Of a stretch of DNA of 64,000 nt, positions 51,609 through 64,000 are shown piece by piece. A program made the position numbers and the translations under genes. Source of the DNA: Camelus ferus (Eukaryota); assembly GCF_009834535.1 (NCBI RefSeq), contig NC_045697.1, positions 59,398,001-59,462,000 on the forward strand, read 5' to 3'. A model generated the notes under the pieces. That model worked only from the letters and a program-made list of their open reading frames with translations. It ran no database searches and was not told where the DNA came from. How positions within the stretch are numbered: position 1 is the stretch's first letter; each line of letters starts with the position of its first letter.

Positions 51609-51611
51609 AAC

Positions 51612-51897
51612 TTTTTCCAGTTAAAAGATGAATACATTCTGGAGATGTAATATGCAACAAGATGATTATAATTAATAATACTGTATTATATATTTGAAAG
51701 TCACTAAGAGTAGACTTTAAAGTTTTCAACACACACACACACAAAAATTGTGATGATATTAGATGATGCATGTGTTAACTAACCTTACTGTGGTAATCAT
51801 TTTGCAATGTATACATACATCAACTCATCATATTGTATTCTTTAAACACAAAATACACAATTTTATATGTCATTTATATCTCAATAAAGCTAGGGAA
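51612..51897 (+). mobile_element. L1MA9/L1MB-like 3' terminal fragment nested in older L1
   Basis: ttctggagatgtaatatgcaaca...taataatactgtatt...ctaagagtaga...atatctcaataaagctagg. Confidence 0.9.
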
Positions 51898-52187
51898 TAT
51901 ATTTTAAAAGTAGTTTTGTTTATGCTAGATCTTTGCATTTTTATATAAACTTGGAATTTATTTCAAAATTGCTACCAAAGTTTGTGTTGGGTTTTTAATT
52001 GGGACTATATCACAATGTATGGATCAATTTGGAGAAACTGATATCTCAACAATATTGAGTCTTACAATCCATGAACATGGTATATTTCTCTATTTAGGTT
52101 TCCTTTAACTTCTCTTAACAGTGTTTCCACTGTAGAGGTTGCGCTTGTCATTCATTAAATCCATTCCTAAGTGTTTTTATGTGAGCT

Positions 52188-52342
52188 TGCAAATTTCCTT
52201 TCTCTCAGGGATTAAGACCTTGTGCTGCCTCTTTTCCAATGTATGAAAACAGTTGCCTCATCTATTTTGTCTAGTGTTTTATTTGTTTATTCCAGTAGGG
52301 TAAGTCTGACATCAGTTACTTTCTCATAACCAGAAATGAAAA
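52188..52342 (-). mobile_element. Old L1 5'-end fragment (L1MC/MD-like)
   Basis: tttcctttctctcagggat...gaaaacagttgcctcatctattttgtctag...agggtaagtctg...cagttact recalled as an antisense L1M 5' UTR start. Confidence 0.65.
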
Positions 52343-52349
52343 TGCTAGA

Positions 52350-53470
52350 GCAATCGTTTTGTAAGAGAAAATATTTTATGTCTCCTCTGCTCAAAACCTT
52401 GCTATGAATCCCCATTTCAATTACAGTAAAAAGCTTTACAAATACTCTAAGGTCCTACACAATTCACATACTATCTTTTCCTAGCCAACTCATTGCTTTT
52501 CCTCCCACTGCTGCCATTATTTCAGTTACATTAGCCTTATTGCTGTTGCTCAAACTTTCCAGGCAAAATCCAATGGGTCCTTTGCTCAAATGTTCTTTCT
52601 GCCTATAATAATCCTACACAGATGTCTGTTTGGTTGATTCTTCTGCCTCCTTCAAGTCTTTGCATATGTCTTACCCTCTCAGTGGGATCTACCCTCATCT
52701 TCCTACTTAAATATTAGAAACTGTCCATTCTCTGCCTGGAAATATCAACCACTCTTAACATTATTCTATTTATTTTCTTTTTGCCAATGATATTGATCAC
52801 TTTCTAACATACTTGTGACTTAATTTTTAAAAAATAATATTTGTTCTTTATCATCTCTCTTAGCATAGCATAACTGTCAGCATCCTACCTAAACCTAGTA
52901 GATATTTTACTGTATTCCTGCTCATGCCCAAGTGTCAGTTTCTGCATCTCTGGGCTTTATGACTTCCCTCTGGATCTGCAGAAGGCTGTTCTGTGTGAGG
53001 CAGACTGAATGTGTGGAGAAACTTATGCCCCCAAAGCAGCTCTCCAACAACTCACATAAGTTGGTTCATGAATATGCAAGCTCTCTCAGTCCTCACATGG
53101 CTAATTTTCAAGCCTACCTTTTACACTCCTTCCCAGACTTTCTGTATGAGACTAAGTGGCACTCTTTCATCAAAATTGACGTAATGGTTCATCATTGATT
53201 GGTTGTTTTTCTATTCCTAGTTCAGTCTCTCACTACTGTATCTTTCAAGTCATCTACTCCTGAACAAATTATTTGCACTCAAATACCTTATTCAGAATCT
53301 GCTTCTGAGAGAACCCAAACTAAGAAATCAACTATAGTGTAAGTTTCATGAAGGCAGGGATGATGATGATGATGATTACTATTATTATTATTTTAATTGT
53401 TATTATCTCAAGTGCCTACAACAGCATTAGGGGCAGAGTACATGTGCAGATATTTGTGGAATGAATTAAT
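52350..53470 (+). mobile_element. L2 LINE 3' part, split by an LTR16-like LTR
   Basis: ctcctctgctcaaaacctt...cctccttcaagtctttgc, resuming at 53330 with tgtaagtttcatgaaggcaggga...gtgcctacaacag...gaatgaat. Confidence 0.8.
52875..53327 (+). mobile_element. ERVL solo LTR (LTR16-like)
   Basis: 3' end tttgcactcaaataccttattcagaatctgcttctgagagaacccaaactaaga matches the recalled LTR16 terminus. Confidence 0.8.
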
Positions 53471-54231
53471 AAACTCAGTAAAACTTCCAAAAACATTCTT
53501 TAGTAATGATAATTACAAAAAGTGTCAGAGTTTCATTACTTATGTTGAGAATTCTCAATGTCAAGTTTAGCAGTATAGAAGTAAACCTCATTGCTATGTA
53601 CATTTAGATTTTTTTAATAATTAGTAATTTTTTATTTTAAAGGTTTCTTGTGATTATTTACATGTATTTTGTGAGTTGACTTGTTCTTTGTAACTTTTCT
53701 TTTGGGGATGTAAAATATTTTTAAGATTTACTTTTTTGCAAATGTTTTGCCTTGTTTGCTTTTTATCTTTCAATATATTTTAGGTCTAGAAATTTTACAT
53801 TTATATAGTTAGATCAATTGATCTTTATTTGTGATTCTTATACCTATACTCAAAATATTAACTTATGTTTTCAACTACAATTTAATATATTTTAAATAGA
53901 TGTTCACTCTATTTTACTCAGAATCTATTTTTATTTGAGATGAGTATTTTCCCTTTAATGTAGATAACCAACTACCACAGCACTGTATCTTGAATATATT
54001 GAACTGATTTTGAAGAATGAATAGGGATTAACTATTTAGACAAGGAAGGGAAGGGATTTTCTGCAAATGCAGTTGCATGGTGTAAGAGTAAAGTACAATT
54101 AAGAAAATAGTGGGATACAGGACCTGTAAGTAATTTAACACATAGTTGGAAAAATTAGCTTGGAAGTCTAACTTAGTTCCAGACCCCATCTCTATTACAC
54201 TCCTATGCCTTTTAAAGGAACAGATGGTACC

Positions 54232-54625
54232 TGTGGCAGAGATAGTAATGTTCACCAAGTAGCCCATGTGCTCACCTACATATCCTAGCCTCCCTTGCAA
54301 TTAGTATGTTAAAACCATGTGATTTGTTCTGTACAGAAAACTGTGAGAGGAAATGATGCCTATCCTGTCTGGGCTGATGCAGTCAAAAGCATGTTCCCAC
54401 TCTATTCCTATTTTCTCCTTCTGTGGGCCCGTCAGAGGCCCTGTGTTTCAGATCTTAACTAAAAGAGGGCAGAAGCTTTATCACTCAGGGACTGTATAGA
54501 CAGAGTCCCAAGACAATCTGTGTGGGATATTTAAAGAATATGAAAAATAAACTTTCATTGGGTTTGATTTCTAAAATATGGGACATAACTTTCTGCAGCA
54601 TCACTTATCCTATGTTGACTAAAAT
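54232..54625 (+). mobile_element. Old MaLR LTR (MLT1H/I/J-like)
   Basis: tgtggcagaga...cctagcctcccttgcaattag...ccatgtga...aaataaactttc...gcagcatcactta...tgactaa. Confidence 0.8.
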
Positions 54626-54849
54626 TGTATCTAAAACCACAAAATTAAAACAGAACCCATTATCCTTCACTTCAAATATATTCCCCCATTAAATTTTCTA
54701 ATTTCTATTAATTTCTTGTTAGTTCCTTAGCTTCATAGGAGTGGGCTGAGAATTAAATAAATGAATACATTTAGGGCACTTAAAATTTAGCAACCTCTCA
54801 GAAAGTGTTTGGTATTATTTTTATTGTTGTTAGTTACCTGGCTGTAGAA

Positions 54850-55520
54850 TCTTGGACTTGCTTTGGCTTAAGCCTTATTTTCAATTACCTAGTTACCAAT
54901 ATATTAATTCTATATCTAAACTTAGCATTAAATCAAGCTTGCTTCCATTTCCTTTCTTGCCACCTTTGTTCAAGCTTGACTTAGTTTTAATAGTCTTATA
55001 ACTGGTGTACCTGTCATTATAAGATTAGGTTTCCCATTATACAGGCAGCCATATTCCTCTCAAACTTAAAATGTGGAATTGTGTTCCTACTGCATGTGAG
55101 GGCTAAATTTTCATTTCAGGTTCTCTGTGATCAAAGCCCAATTTACACTTAAGCTTGTTCTTACACCATTCCCTAAGGACCTTTCCCCCTCTCCCTACTT
55201 TATTAATAGTCTCAAAACACATCCCATATTTTTTTTTGCTTCTGTGCTTTATTGGGATCCAAGCTTTAGTCATTACATCAAATATTCCAAATCTTATGTA
55301 AGTTCCAACTCAAATGTCATCTCTTCCTAAAAGTCTTCCATGATTTTCCTAGTTAGAAGAAACTTCTACTGACTCAAGGCTCATTGCATCTTCCTGTATT
55401 ACGACAGATATCATACCTATAAGATGCTACATGTTTAATACAGGAGTTCATCTTTGGTTTTTATCATCACTCACAATAGTATTCTAGATCTCATAGGTAA
55501 ACAATATATGTTTCTTGAAT
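54850..55520 (+). mobile_element. Degenerate L2 fragments
   Basis: aatagtcttataactggtg...caactcaaatgtcatctcttcctaaaagtcttcc...ataggtaaacaatatatgtttcttgaataaa. Confidence 0.55.
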
Positions 55521-57199
55521 AAAGATATGGGTGAAAACTGATAAATGATAAGTTAGAAACTTTGCATGCTGAATTCTGAAAAGTCTATGTTTCTTTTACA
55601 GAACTTAGTTGTTATTTATTTAATTTATTTATGATTTGTGGCCTATTTTTAAATTCAACTCATTGAATTGAGTCCAGTGCATTTTATTAGTTATTAAATA
55701 AAACATTCAAGTTATCTGCTTTTACTTTCCTACAAGGTGACATTCATGCCATTACTGTTTTAACAGAAATTCAATGACAGGCTTAAATTTCCTTTGTTGA
55801 AAGTCCTGCATTAAGAAAATACAGTTACAAAGGCACCATGGACTAGCATAAATTAGAAAAAATAATTAGGGACATTAAAGGTAAATACTGCGACACTTTG
55901 AGAAGAAGAGGGAAGTATGGAAGGTTCTTTAAAGCAGCTGCAATTAAAAATATTAATAAGAATCTGTGAAAGAACAAGAACTGTAAATGAGTCTTTTAAG
56001 AGGTAGAGAAATATGATAAATTGTGGAACTCTGGATAATCACAATTAGCAAAATGGAGAATAATTAAAGAAACCAAATTAGACCACATATAGTGATAAAT
56101 GAGGTTAGACTTGTTAAAGAACTGTGTCATTAGCAGGTTTTTTGTGCTGGTGAGGAAAGAATAGGGAGAGAAAGAGAATTTATAGCCCTGGGAAAATAAA
56201 AGAGGGGTATCCATGCCCTATTGCACTTAATGAAATGGTCTAACAGTGAGCCATCTACAGGGATGAGAGTTTACAAATAGGCACATGTCCCTGAACCCTC
56301 AGCAATGCAGCCTCTGTCTGATGACCGCCACTCAAACAAGTACTTGGAAGATTCAGGTCACTAGAGACTAACCTTTTCCTGACCGTATTTTCTTTGCCAA
56401 GTGTGGCTCTGAGTCGCACAGCAGGGAAGGAGTTTGTCTGTGCTTATTAAAGGCTCTCAAGGTTGATCGCATATGGTTTCCAATACCTAAGGCCAACTGT
56501 GATAACTCTTAGAATATTTCTAAGGAAATAATGTCCTGTAACATCAATAAGCCTTAAAGACATGCCTGAAATGATATGAATCATTTGAGTCAACCCCAGA
56601 TTGTTCAAAGACGATAGGAGAATTGACTACTGGCTTAGGAACATGGCCTAATCCCCAACCCCAGGATTTGTGTTCTGTCCATATATAATGACCTGTGAAC
56701 TATGGAAGTATCAGGCCTGTGCCTGGAGCTCTCCAGAATTGAGCTTCTAGGTGCAATCTGTGTAGAAATGGGTGCACTGACTCATCTTACCCAGTTCTTC
56801 CTGTTCAAATTAAGTTAGAGCTACAGACATAACTAAGAAGTCTCAATTATGTGACAACTACCACAACTGTTAGCAAGCCAACAGTTAGGGGCCTTTACAC
56901 ACTGCTTTTCCCTAATGCCTATTGCTTTTAGTGGCTGCCTACCTATTAGAAATGCTTTGGTGTGGGTCAGACACACTCTTCAGAAAGTATATTCAGGTTC
57001 CAGTGACAAAAAAAAAAAAGCATTACAACTGTGCCTTTCACAGGTATTAAAATATATTGACTTGTAATTGTTACCAAATTACATAAATCCCCTCTTAGCC
57101 TAAGCCATTTTATCAATTTCCTGAAGAGGCTATCCAAGCCTTGCTCAAATATCTGATACTATTTTCATGCCTATTGTGAAGGGATACAACTCTGTATAC

Positions 57200-58440
57200 T
57201 AACACTTTGTTCCTTTGACGTGTATTGAGACACTCTTCTGAGACACAATATTTTAGGCATTAGGTATAAAAATTCAGTAAGATAAACAAGGTTCTGTCTA
57301 AAGATTTTATTTAATGGGGAAAGGCAGACAATAAACAAATAGATGAACATGAAATAATTAGTACTATTATGTTGAATATAAAACAGGATGTTGAGCTAGA
57401 GGTTAAATGGAAAGGAAAGGTTACACTTAGGAGATAACATTTCAGCTGATTCCTGAATTTTAAGGAATAAGCCTTTCACATATACTAGGATAATGCTGTA
57501 ATATTTAAATGATGTTGATATATTTAATGACCAGAAAGAAGGTCAGTATAGTTAGAGTGTTCTGAACAAGAAACAGAGCGGTAGCAGATGTGGTTAGAAG
57601 TCAGCAGGGGATAGATACTGAGGACTATTGTATGTACATATACCATATTCTAAGTGTGATGGGAAAGATTTGGAAAGATTCTGTTGTTTTTAATCAGAGG
57701 AACAATACAACTTGATTTCTATTTTGAAAAAAATCCTTCTGGTTGCTCTGTTGAGAATGGATTGGAAGAAGACAAGAGTAGAAGCAGAGAGATTAGAAGG
57801 TTTTTGCAATAATCTAAATGAAAGATGACGGTTCAGATGAGAATTGCACAGATGATGGAAGGTTAAGTTCATCAGAATTGCTGGAGAGTAGGGCTGGAGA
57901 AGGGTGAAAACAATTCTTTAGACATGTTAATTTTGAGATGTCTGTTAGAACCCCAAGTGGATATATCAAAGAAACATTTGGGCATACGCGTCTGCAGTTT
58001 GGGTAAGACCTCAAGTCTAAATGTGTGCATTTGGAGGTCAAAGGCACATCAGTGTATTTGAAGCAGTTAGATAAATGAGATTGTCAAGAAAGATGTGGAG
58101 AAAAGAATGGGTTCTGGATCATATCCATAAACAGAGAAAAGTCTAGTAGAAGTGAAGCTGGCACAGGAGATTGAGGAGTAATCAGCAAAGAAGGAGGAGA
58201 ACTAGGAAAGAGGCATCCTGGATGTTTGGAGAGGAAAAAAAGTACGAGAAAGAAGATAGCTTGCAGTGTCAAATACCACTGAGTGGCCGAATAATACACA
58301 CAAACAGTGATTCTAGGACCAATGGGGAGGGGAACGGGGTCGTGCTTATAGGAGGACTCAGGGCCTAGGGAAGGCTTATTTTATTCAAAGTTGTTTGTGT
58401 GTAGACTGGCAATGCTCCTACAGAGATATATTGCTGCTGC
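57200..58440 (-). mobile_element. L2 LINE, antisense
   Basis: gtattgagacact...aggcagacaataaacaaata...tctggttgctctgttgagaatggattgga...tttagacatgttaattttgagatgtctgttaga...ccaagtggatat. Confidence 0.85.
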
Positions 58441-59224
58441 AGAAAAGAGAATCATTATGGAGTTTAAAGTTATTATAGAGTACTTCTAATTCCAGGAATT
58501 TGTTTTCTTTTGGCTGAATTGATAATTTTAAGCTTGTGCACTGCAAAATTAAGAACAAAACTTAGAATTGCCCAGCATAGTATTAATCCTATGGCAGCTA
58601 ACCTGAAAAAGCCAGCCAATGTGATTCACTCTATTTCTACAATAGTAGGCACAGTGAATGCAGTTGGCATAGATTAATTTATCATCCTACAGAGTGCTAA
58701 TTTTGTGGGATAAAATTAATAGTCAAAGTTGTGCTAATTTTATATTATTTAATTAGGAAGGGTAATATAGTGAGGAGAGAATTCTTGGCATTTGATATAA
58801 CTTAAATAACATCTTGTTCCATTGTCTCTTATTGTGATAGGTGGAAACTTGGCTGTAAATTGCCCAAAGCCACACAAAGCAGTCAGAGCTGGTAGAGAGT
58901 TTATGGGAACATGATCATCATATATCCTATTTTTTTCTTTTACTAATAAGTATGTAGAGTGAATGGAATATGTTGATTCAGATTTGTGAGTCATCTAAAT
59001 CTCCAGATATTTCTATGGAAAATATAATTGTGGTTTATTTACTTTTTTGTTATACACACACAGAGCTCAGGTTTTTTTTTTTATTAACCCTCTTTAAGTG
59101 TTTTTGTAATGTATTTTCAGAAATGTGTCTTCAGAAATGCAAATAATTGTTTTGAAGGGGTAGCAACATCTAACGACTGCCCTTTGAAATACTGTCTTTA
59201 CTCAGCAATCCTGATTTTTGGAGC

Positions 59225-59390
59225 AGCCATTTAATTGAGCACTTTGATGCTACACACTGTGTACATATTACCTTGAAACTTGACAGTGGTCAGCAAGTAT
59301 TATTTCACAATTTACAGATTGAGGAAATGGAAATCTAGGGGGCTGAAATAACTTTCCTAAGCTCATGTACATCACTGGTGGCTGAATTTT
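59225..59390 (-). mobile_element. MIR SINE
   Basis: catttaattgagcactt...tttacagattgaggaaatggaa...aaataactttcctaag. Confidence 0.7.
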
Positions 59391-59599
59391 TTCCTCTTAT
59401 AACATCATTGTCAATGACTGAATTCCCCACAGCAAAAGATTATGTAGTAGTATATAAGTGCCCTTAGATTTGGGTCATTTTAAGATAATTTTTATTCTGA
59501 CGAAAGGATATAACGGAGAAAATAAATTTTAAAATTTTAGCACCTTAGAAATGCCGTAACATTTATCTGTTGGAAAGTGGTGTAATATGAGAGAACGTC

Positions 59600-59770
59600 C
59601 TGTCAGGGTTTGTGTCTTGCTTAGCAAGTTAACATGTGTGCAGTTGTAGGTAAATTGCTTTAACTCTGAATCTGAGTTCCTCATCAACAGAAGTTTGTTA
59701 TAATAACTACTTGAGAGGTTGTGAAGTTTAGATTGCACATATTTGACACTGCATAAGGGCATAACGTGCT
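59600..59770 (+). mobile_element. Degenerate MIR
   Basis: ggtaaattgctttaactctgaatctgagttcctcatc...gagaggttgtgaagttta. Confidence 0.6.
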
Positions 59771-60264
59771 ATTCCTCAAAACTTGAGGATAAGGTTACAT
59801 TCTGGAAATAAAATTAATCCACATGTAAATAAGATTTATCAGAGGAAATAAAAATGCCTATATAGTAATAGCTCAATGGTGGCTGGAGCATACTGGAAGA
59901 TTCTAATTCCAATTAAGTTGTATAGACTTTTCAGTTTAAAATGAATTGTTTTAAAAAGCCATTGTTTTAAAAAAAAATTTATATGAGGGAAAGCATCCAC
60001 AGAATGATTTAACCATTGAAATAAGAAGAATTTAGCCTCACTGTTTTTCAGGGTAGTCTGTAAAAATGGATTTGAATATTCTCAGCATTGAGGAGATACA
60101 TATATAGTTGAGAAGTGGGGACAGGTAACCAGGCTTCACCATATCCCAAATAATTAAGTTTTTGAGGGTTATTTTTATTTTATTGCAAGTAAAGAGATGC
60201 ATATTGAATAAGTTAATACTAGAAAGATAAATAACATATTGTGCAGGTGTATTGCAGGTGTATT

Positions 60265-61330
60265 TTTTCTTAACAGCTATGTTGAATTTTAATTGGCATA
60301 CTAAAAACTGCCATATTTAAAGTGTACAACTTGGTCAGTTTTGACATATATTATACCCCGTGAAACCATCATTGCAAGCATAATAAAGTGAGCATGTCCA
60401 TCACCTCCCAAACTTTCCCTGTGCTCACTTGTAATTCCTTTTTTCTGCCCCACCGCCCTCCTCAAATACTCCTGTTTTCTTTCACTATAAATCAGTTTGC
60501 ATTTCATATAATTTTACATAAATTTGAAAGTTACATTTACAAAATGTATTCATTTTGTCTGGCTTTTAAAAATTTATTAAAATGACTTTTACATTATACA
60601 TGTTGCATGTATAGGTACTTCATTATTTTGATAGTTGATTAATATTCCATTGTGTAGATGTAACAAAATGTTTCTATCCCTTTGCCTGTTGGTGGACATT
60701 TGTGTTGTCTTCACTTTTGATTATTACAAATAGAAAATAGAACCATTAGGAAGTTTTAGGTACAAGTCTTTATATGCTTTTATTTTTCTTGTTTAAAGCC
60801 TAGGAAAATACCGAGTTAAAGGTAGATATATATTTAACTTTTTAACATACTTCCAAAATGTTTTTTAAAGGGGTAGTAACATTTTACATTCTAGCCAGCA
60901 ATGTAGGAGAGATCCAGTTGTCCACATTCTCACCAACATTTGGTTATGATCAATATTTTAAATTTGAGGTATTCAAATAGATGCATAGTGATATGTCATC
61001 ATTGTTTTAATTTGCATTTCCTTAGTGTCTAGTGGTGTTGAGCATCTTTTCATAAGCTTCTTTGACATCCCTATGTTGTCTTTGCTGAAATGTGTGTTCA
61101 AGTCTTTTGCCCTCTTCTTAAGTTGGATTTTTTCTAGTTGTATTGGATTTTGGGAATTATTTATATGTTCTGGATAAAAGTCCTTTATCAAATATGTGTT
61201 AAGCAAATATTTTCTCCTAATAGTAGCTGTCTTTTCATTCTCTTAACATATTTCAAAGAGCAGAAGCTTTTAACTTTACGAGGTCCAATTTGTCAGGTTT
61301 TTTGTGAATTGTGCTTTTAATGTTATAAAT
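60265..61330 (-). mobile_element. 5'-truncated L1 (L1MB-like)
   Basis: catatttaaagtgtacaactt...ccccgtgaaaccatca; ORF 60973-61206(-) AKDLNTHFSKDNIGMSKKLMKRCSTPLDTKEMQIKTMM is the ORF2p C-terminus. Confidence 0.92.
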
Positions 61331-61389
61331 AGCTTGGATATATGCCTACTATAAACTGATGAAGGTTACTATGATTTTTCTAGAAATTT

Positions 61390-62135
61390 GATTTTTTTAT
61401 TATGAAAATTTCAAACATATACAAAAGAAAACATGGTATGATTAACTACCTTGTATTCGTCACCCCTCTTCAATAGTTATCAACTCACGGCCAGTCTTGT
61501 TTCATCTGTATTCCTTCCACTTCCATATACTCCCAAGTTTAATATTTTTAAGACATATTATTGATGTATATACACAGAGGTCTACAAATCATAAGTGACC
61601 AGCTCAATAAATTTTCACAAAGTAAAAACATTTCATTGTATGTTTTATTTTATGTATGTATATATATTCAGAATCTCAGTCAAAAATTTAAATATTACCA
61701 GCTCCCAGAAGAACTCTAATGTTCTCAAAGGAATCTCTGTCCTTACAATACCATGCATGAATTTTGCTTGTGGCTAAGCATTTATAATGGACTCGTACAA
61801 TGTGTTCTATCTTATGTTTCAATTCCTTTGTTTACTATATGTTTACGAATTTATCCATGGTGTTTCATATAATAAGTTGATTGCTATTTGATATTCCATG
61901 GTATGACTGTACCACAATGTATTTATCAGTTCTGACGGACATTTGGATTGTTTTCAGTTTTTGACTCTTCATGTAGTACTGCTCTAAATATTCTTGTCTA
62001 GTTTGTTGTTGCTGTTGATTATATACATACATTTTTGTTAGATACATAAAGATGGAATTGCTGGATGTGACCAATTTTAGTAGACAGTAATAGTTTTTAT
62101 AAGTAGTTATACCAATAATGTATGAAAGGATATCG
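61390..62135 (-). mobile_element. Old L1 3' fragments (L1MC/ME-like, at least two pieces)
   Basis: ttattatgaaaatttcaaacatatacaaaag...; aattttcacaaagt...ggacatttggattgttttcagtttttgact. Confidence 0.75.
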
Positions 62136-63769
62136 TATACATATATACCATATAACATTCTGGGTAATGATTTTTTAATTCCCTAATTGCCTTATTACAG
62201 TATTCCTGCACCTGTATGTAGCCTCTGGAAAAAGTATTATTGTATTCTATTATTCCCTTAGCTGCCATTTGCTCTTGTTTTTCAGGAGTAATTTCTGTGA
62301 ACTTGTTTAATTCTTTGGTGCAATAATTGAATTTCTGGAACTGCAAAGTTGAAGACTGGATTCTCAAATGAGGAAATCAACCAAAGTCTTTCTACTTTCT
62401 GATATTTTAGCAAAATGTTTTTCAGTCTCCCTAGATATTATGTTTGGTTTATTTCATTATGACTGTAAGTTTTTAAAACAAAACAAAACAAAATCCTATC
62501 TAAAGCCTGGTACATAGATGTACATAAATGTGATTCCCTTCCCTTCGATTACAGTAATCCTTTTACAGTTTCCCTTAGCCTTTTCATATTGTTAACATCT
62601 AGCCTTTTACAAAGAGTGCCTCCCTGGCTACAGCTTTAGTACCATTTAGACAAAAAGGAGAAATCCATGGCCATGTAAGCCTTCAAGTTTCGATGACAAA
62701 TCAATACCACATCTCTATGAAACAAGTATATCTTAACAGTGTTTTCACAAAGGACCTGACCAACTCCAGCTATATGTATGTTTAAGACCAATCCAAATAG
62801 CAGTATAGATCTGAGTAAAATGTTCCCACGTCAAGAAATGCTGTTGAATGCTTTGAAATAAGCTCATAATGATGATAAATAAAATAATCATTTTGAAAAT
62901 TGGAATACCTCACCTTTGTTCTTGCACGTAAACCAGTCACTGATTCATGCTGTTCAGTATACTGAACAAAATTATACAAATTGTGCACCTAGAGGTATCT
63001 TATGCTTAATTGGTTATTATTTTAAAATCATAATTTTTTGTGTGTTCATGCCTATATAGATTTGATATGTATTCCAGTGACCTGACAGAAGGCCAGAGGA
63101 CTCAGTGAACATAGTAGTATAGTGTCGGGTGGTGTTGTCTACAGCTTTGATAATTATTGCCACTTGTGAATACATATTTTCACACTGAGTAATGAAAAGC
63201 TGAATTGATTACAGGTTATAAACCAGCTAGGTGGCCCTGAAGTGATTGAGGAACACAAGATTAAAGTTGAAACAAATATGAAGCCTGATTTGCCATAGAT
63301 TACATAACCAAATGATATTATTATCAGTAAAGTAAAACCACTTACCCTCTTTCTCAAGTCACTTACTAATTCATGTGTAATCCTCTACTCAAATCTAAGG
63401 CAAAGCAAAGGGCAAGTGATGGAACTTGATCCTTTGATATTTATTGATCCCAAGTAAGTACTAATTATTACTGGAGGCACTCTTAGAGGAGAAAAAAGTA
63501 CTCTTAGAGTTTATACTTTAGTTGATCATATGTAATATATATTTAATACAAGAAAAGAATTGGAAAATGTGTAAAACAATGTAGTATTTCTGAACTGTTG
63601 AGTCTGACATTAATTTTATTGAGTTTTTAATGAGATAGATGGACTATTGTGTTCTATTTAAAATTTAAACCATTTTTTAGACTCTTCTGATTTAATCTGT
63701 ACCATAAGGACTATCCATTTCCCATTTTTGTATGTTGTTAGGGCTGTTCAGTAGTTTATTTAGGTAGTA

Positions 63770-63945
63770 CCTGTAGAATCATTATCCTGCCTATGCAGCG
63801 GAATCATCTGTGTGCCTATAAAATACAGATTCCTTAATTCTAAAAGCTGGATCTTTAGATTAAGAAGGTTTGGGATAGTGGTTCAAGCATTTGCATTTTG
63901 AAAAAGAGCTCCATAGAGAATTCTGATTTCAAGGGCTAGTTTACC
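63770..63945. mobile_element. MER5-like hAT fragment
   Basis: gaatcatctg...aaaatacagattcc...gcatttgcattttgaaaaagagctcc...aattctgat. Confidence 0.55.
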
Positions 63946-63955
63946 ATTTAGTTGT

Positions 63956-63958
<3 letters not shown>

Positions 63959-64000
<42 letters not shown>
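63959..64000. repeat. (GT)21+ microsatellite running off the window end
   Basis: Seen directly. Confidence 0.98.

Larger units (their letters stand above)
50740..52185 (-). mobile_element. Old fragmented L1 (L1M) with nested younger L1 piece
   Basis: ggacatttgggtagtttctagttt...tttttgcctactccaaggtcatgaa...caatattgagtcttacaatccatgaacatgg antisense ORF2/3' UTR text. Confidence 0.85.

Noticed and set aside
62951..62968. Perfect 18-bp palindrome TGTTCAGTATACTGAACA
   Set aside because: About one such palindrome is expected by chance in 64 kb of AT-rich DNA; no extended hairpin.
62914..62988. 75-nt minus-strand exon candidate with AAG|GTGAGG donor
   Set aside because: No polypyrimidine tract at the acceptor; peptide unrecognised.
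82..63357. The ORFs in the six-frame track as genes
   Set aside because: All are short (140 aa or less), often compositionally biased or inside repeats; the recognisable ones are L1 ORF2 remnants or their antisense frames.

Overview
AT-rich, CpG-depleted mammalian (eutherian) genomic DNA with no recognisable protein-coding gene, RNA gene, CRISPR array or prokaryotic system. A large part of the window is layered transposon debris: L2 and MIR, old and younger 5'-truncated L1s, MaLR (MLT1) and ERVL-type solo LTRs, two young ERV1-type solo LTRs with 4-bp TSDs, a Tigger1-derived MITE and MER5-like hAT fragments. ORF-track entries are chance ORFs or decayed L1 ORF2 pieces. The MER41-like LTR, the Tigger1 deletion derivative, the young L1 3' UTR and the absence of any lineage-specific SINE suggest a cetartiodactyl, probably a camelid (inference). 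Long L1s and the young LTRs lie on the - strand, so this is probably intronic sequence of a gene transcribed on +. I found no convincing new biological system. The best unexplained signals are: a ~220-bp insert inside an L1 that is largely a diverged copy of sequence 1.35 kb upstream; a diverged 53-bp direct repeat; very old CR1-like and Gypsy-like coding relics; a strong 58-nt + strand exon candidate; an LTR with a duplicated terminus; and several candidate enhancers. Repeat subfamily names come from recalled consensus similarity, not a database search, and boundaries of old repeats are approximate.
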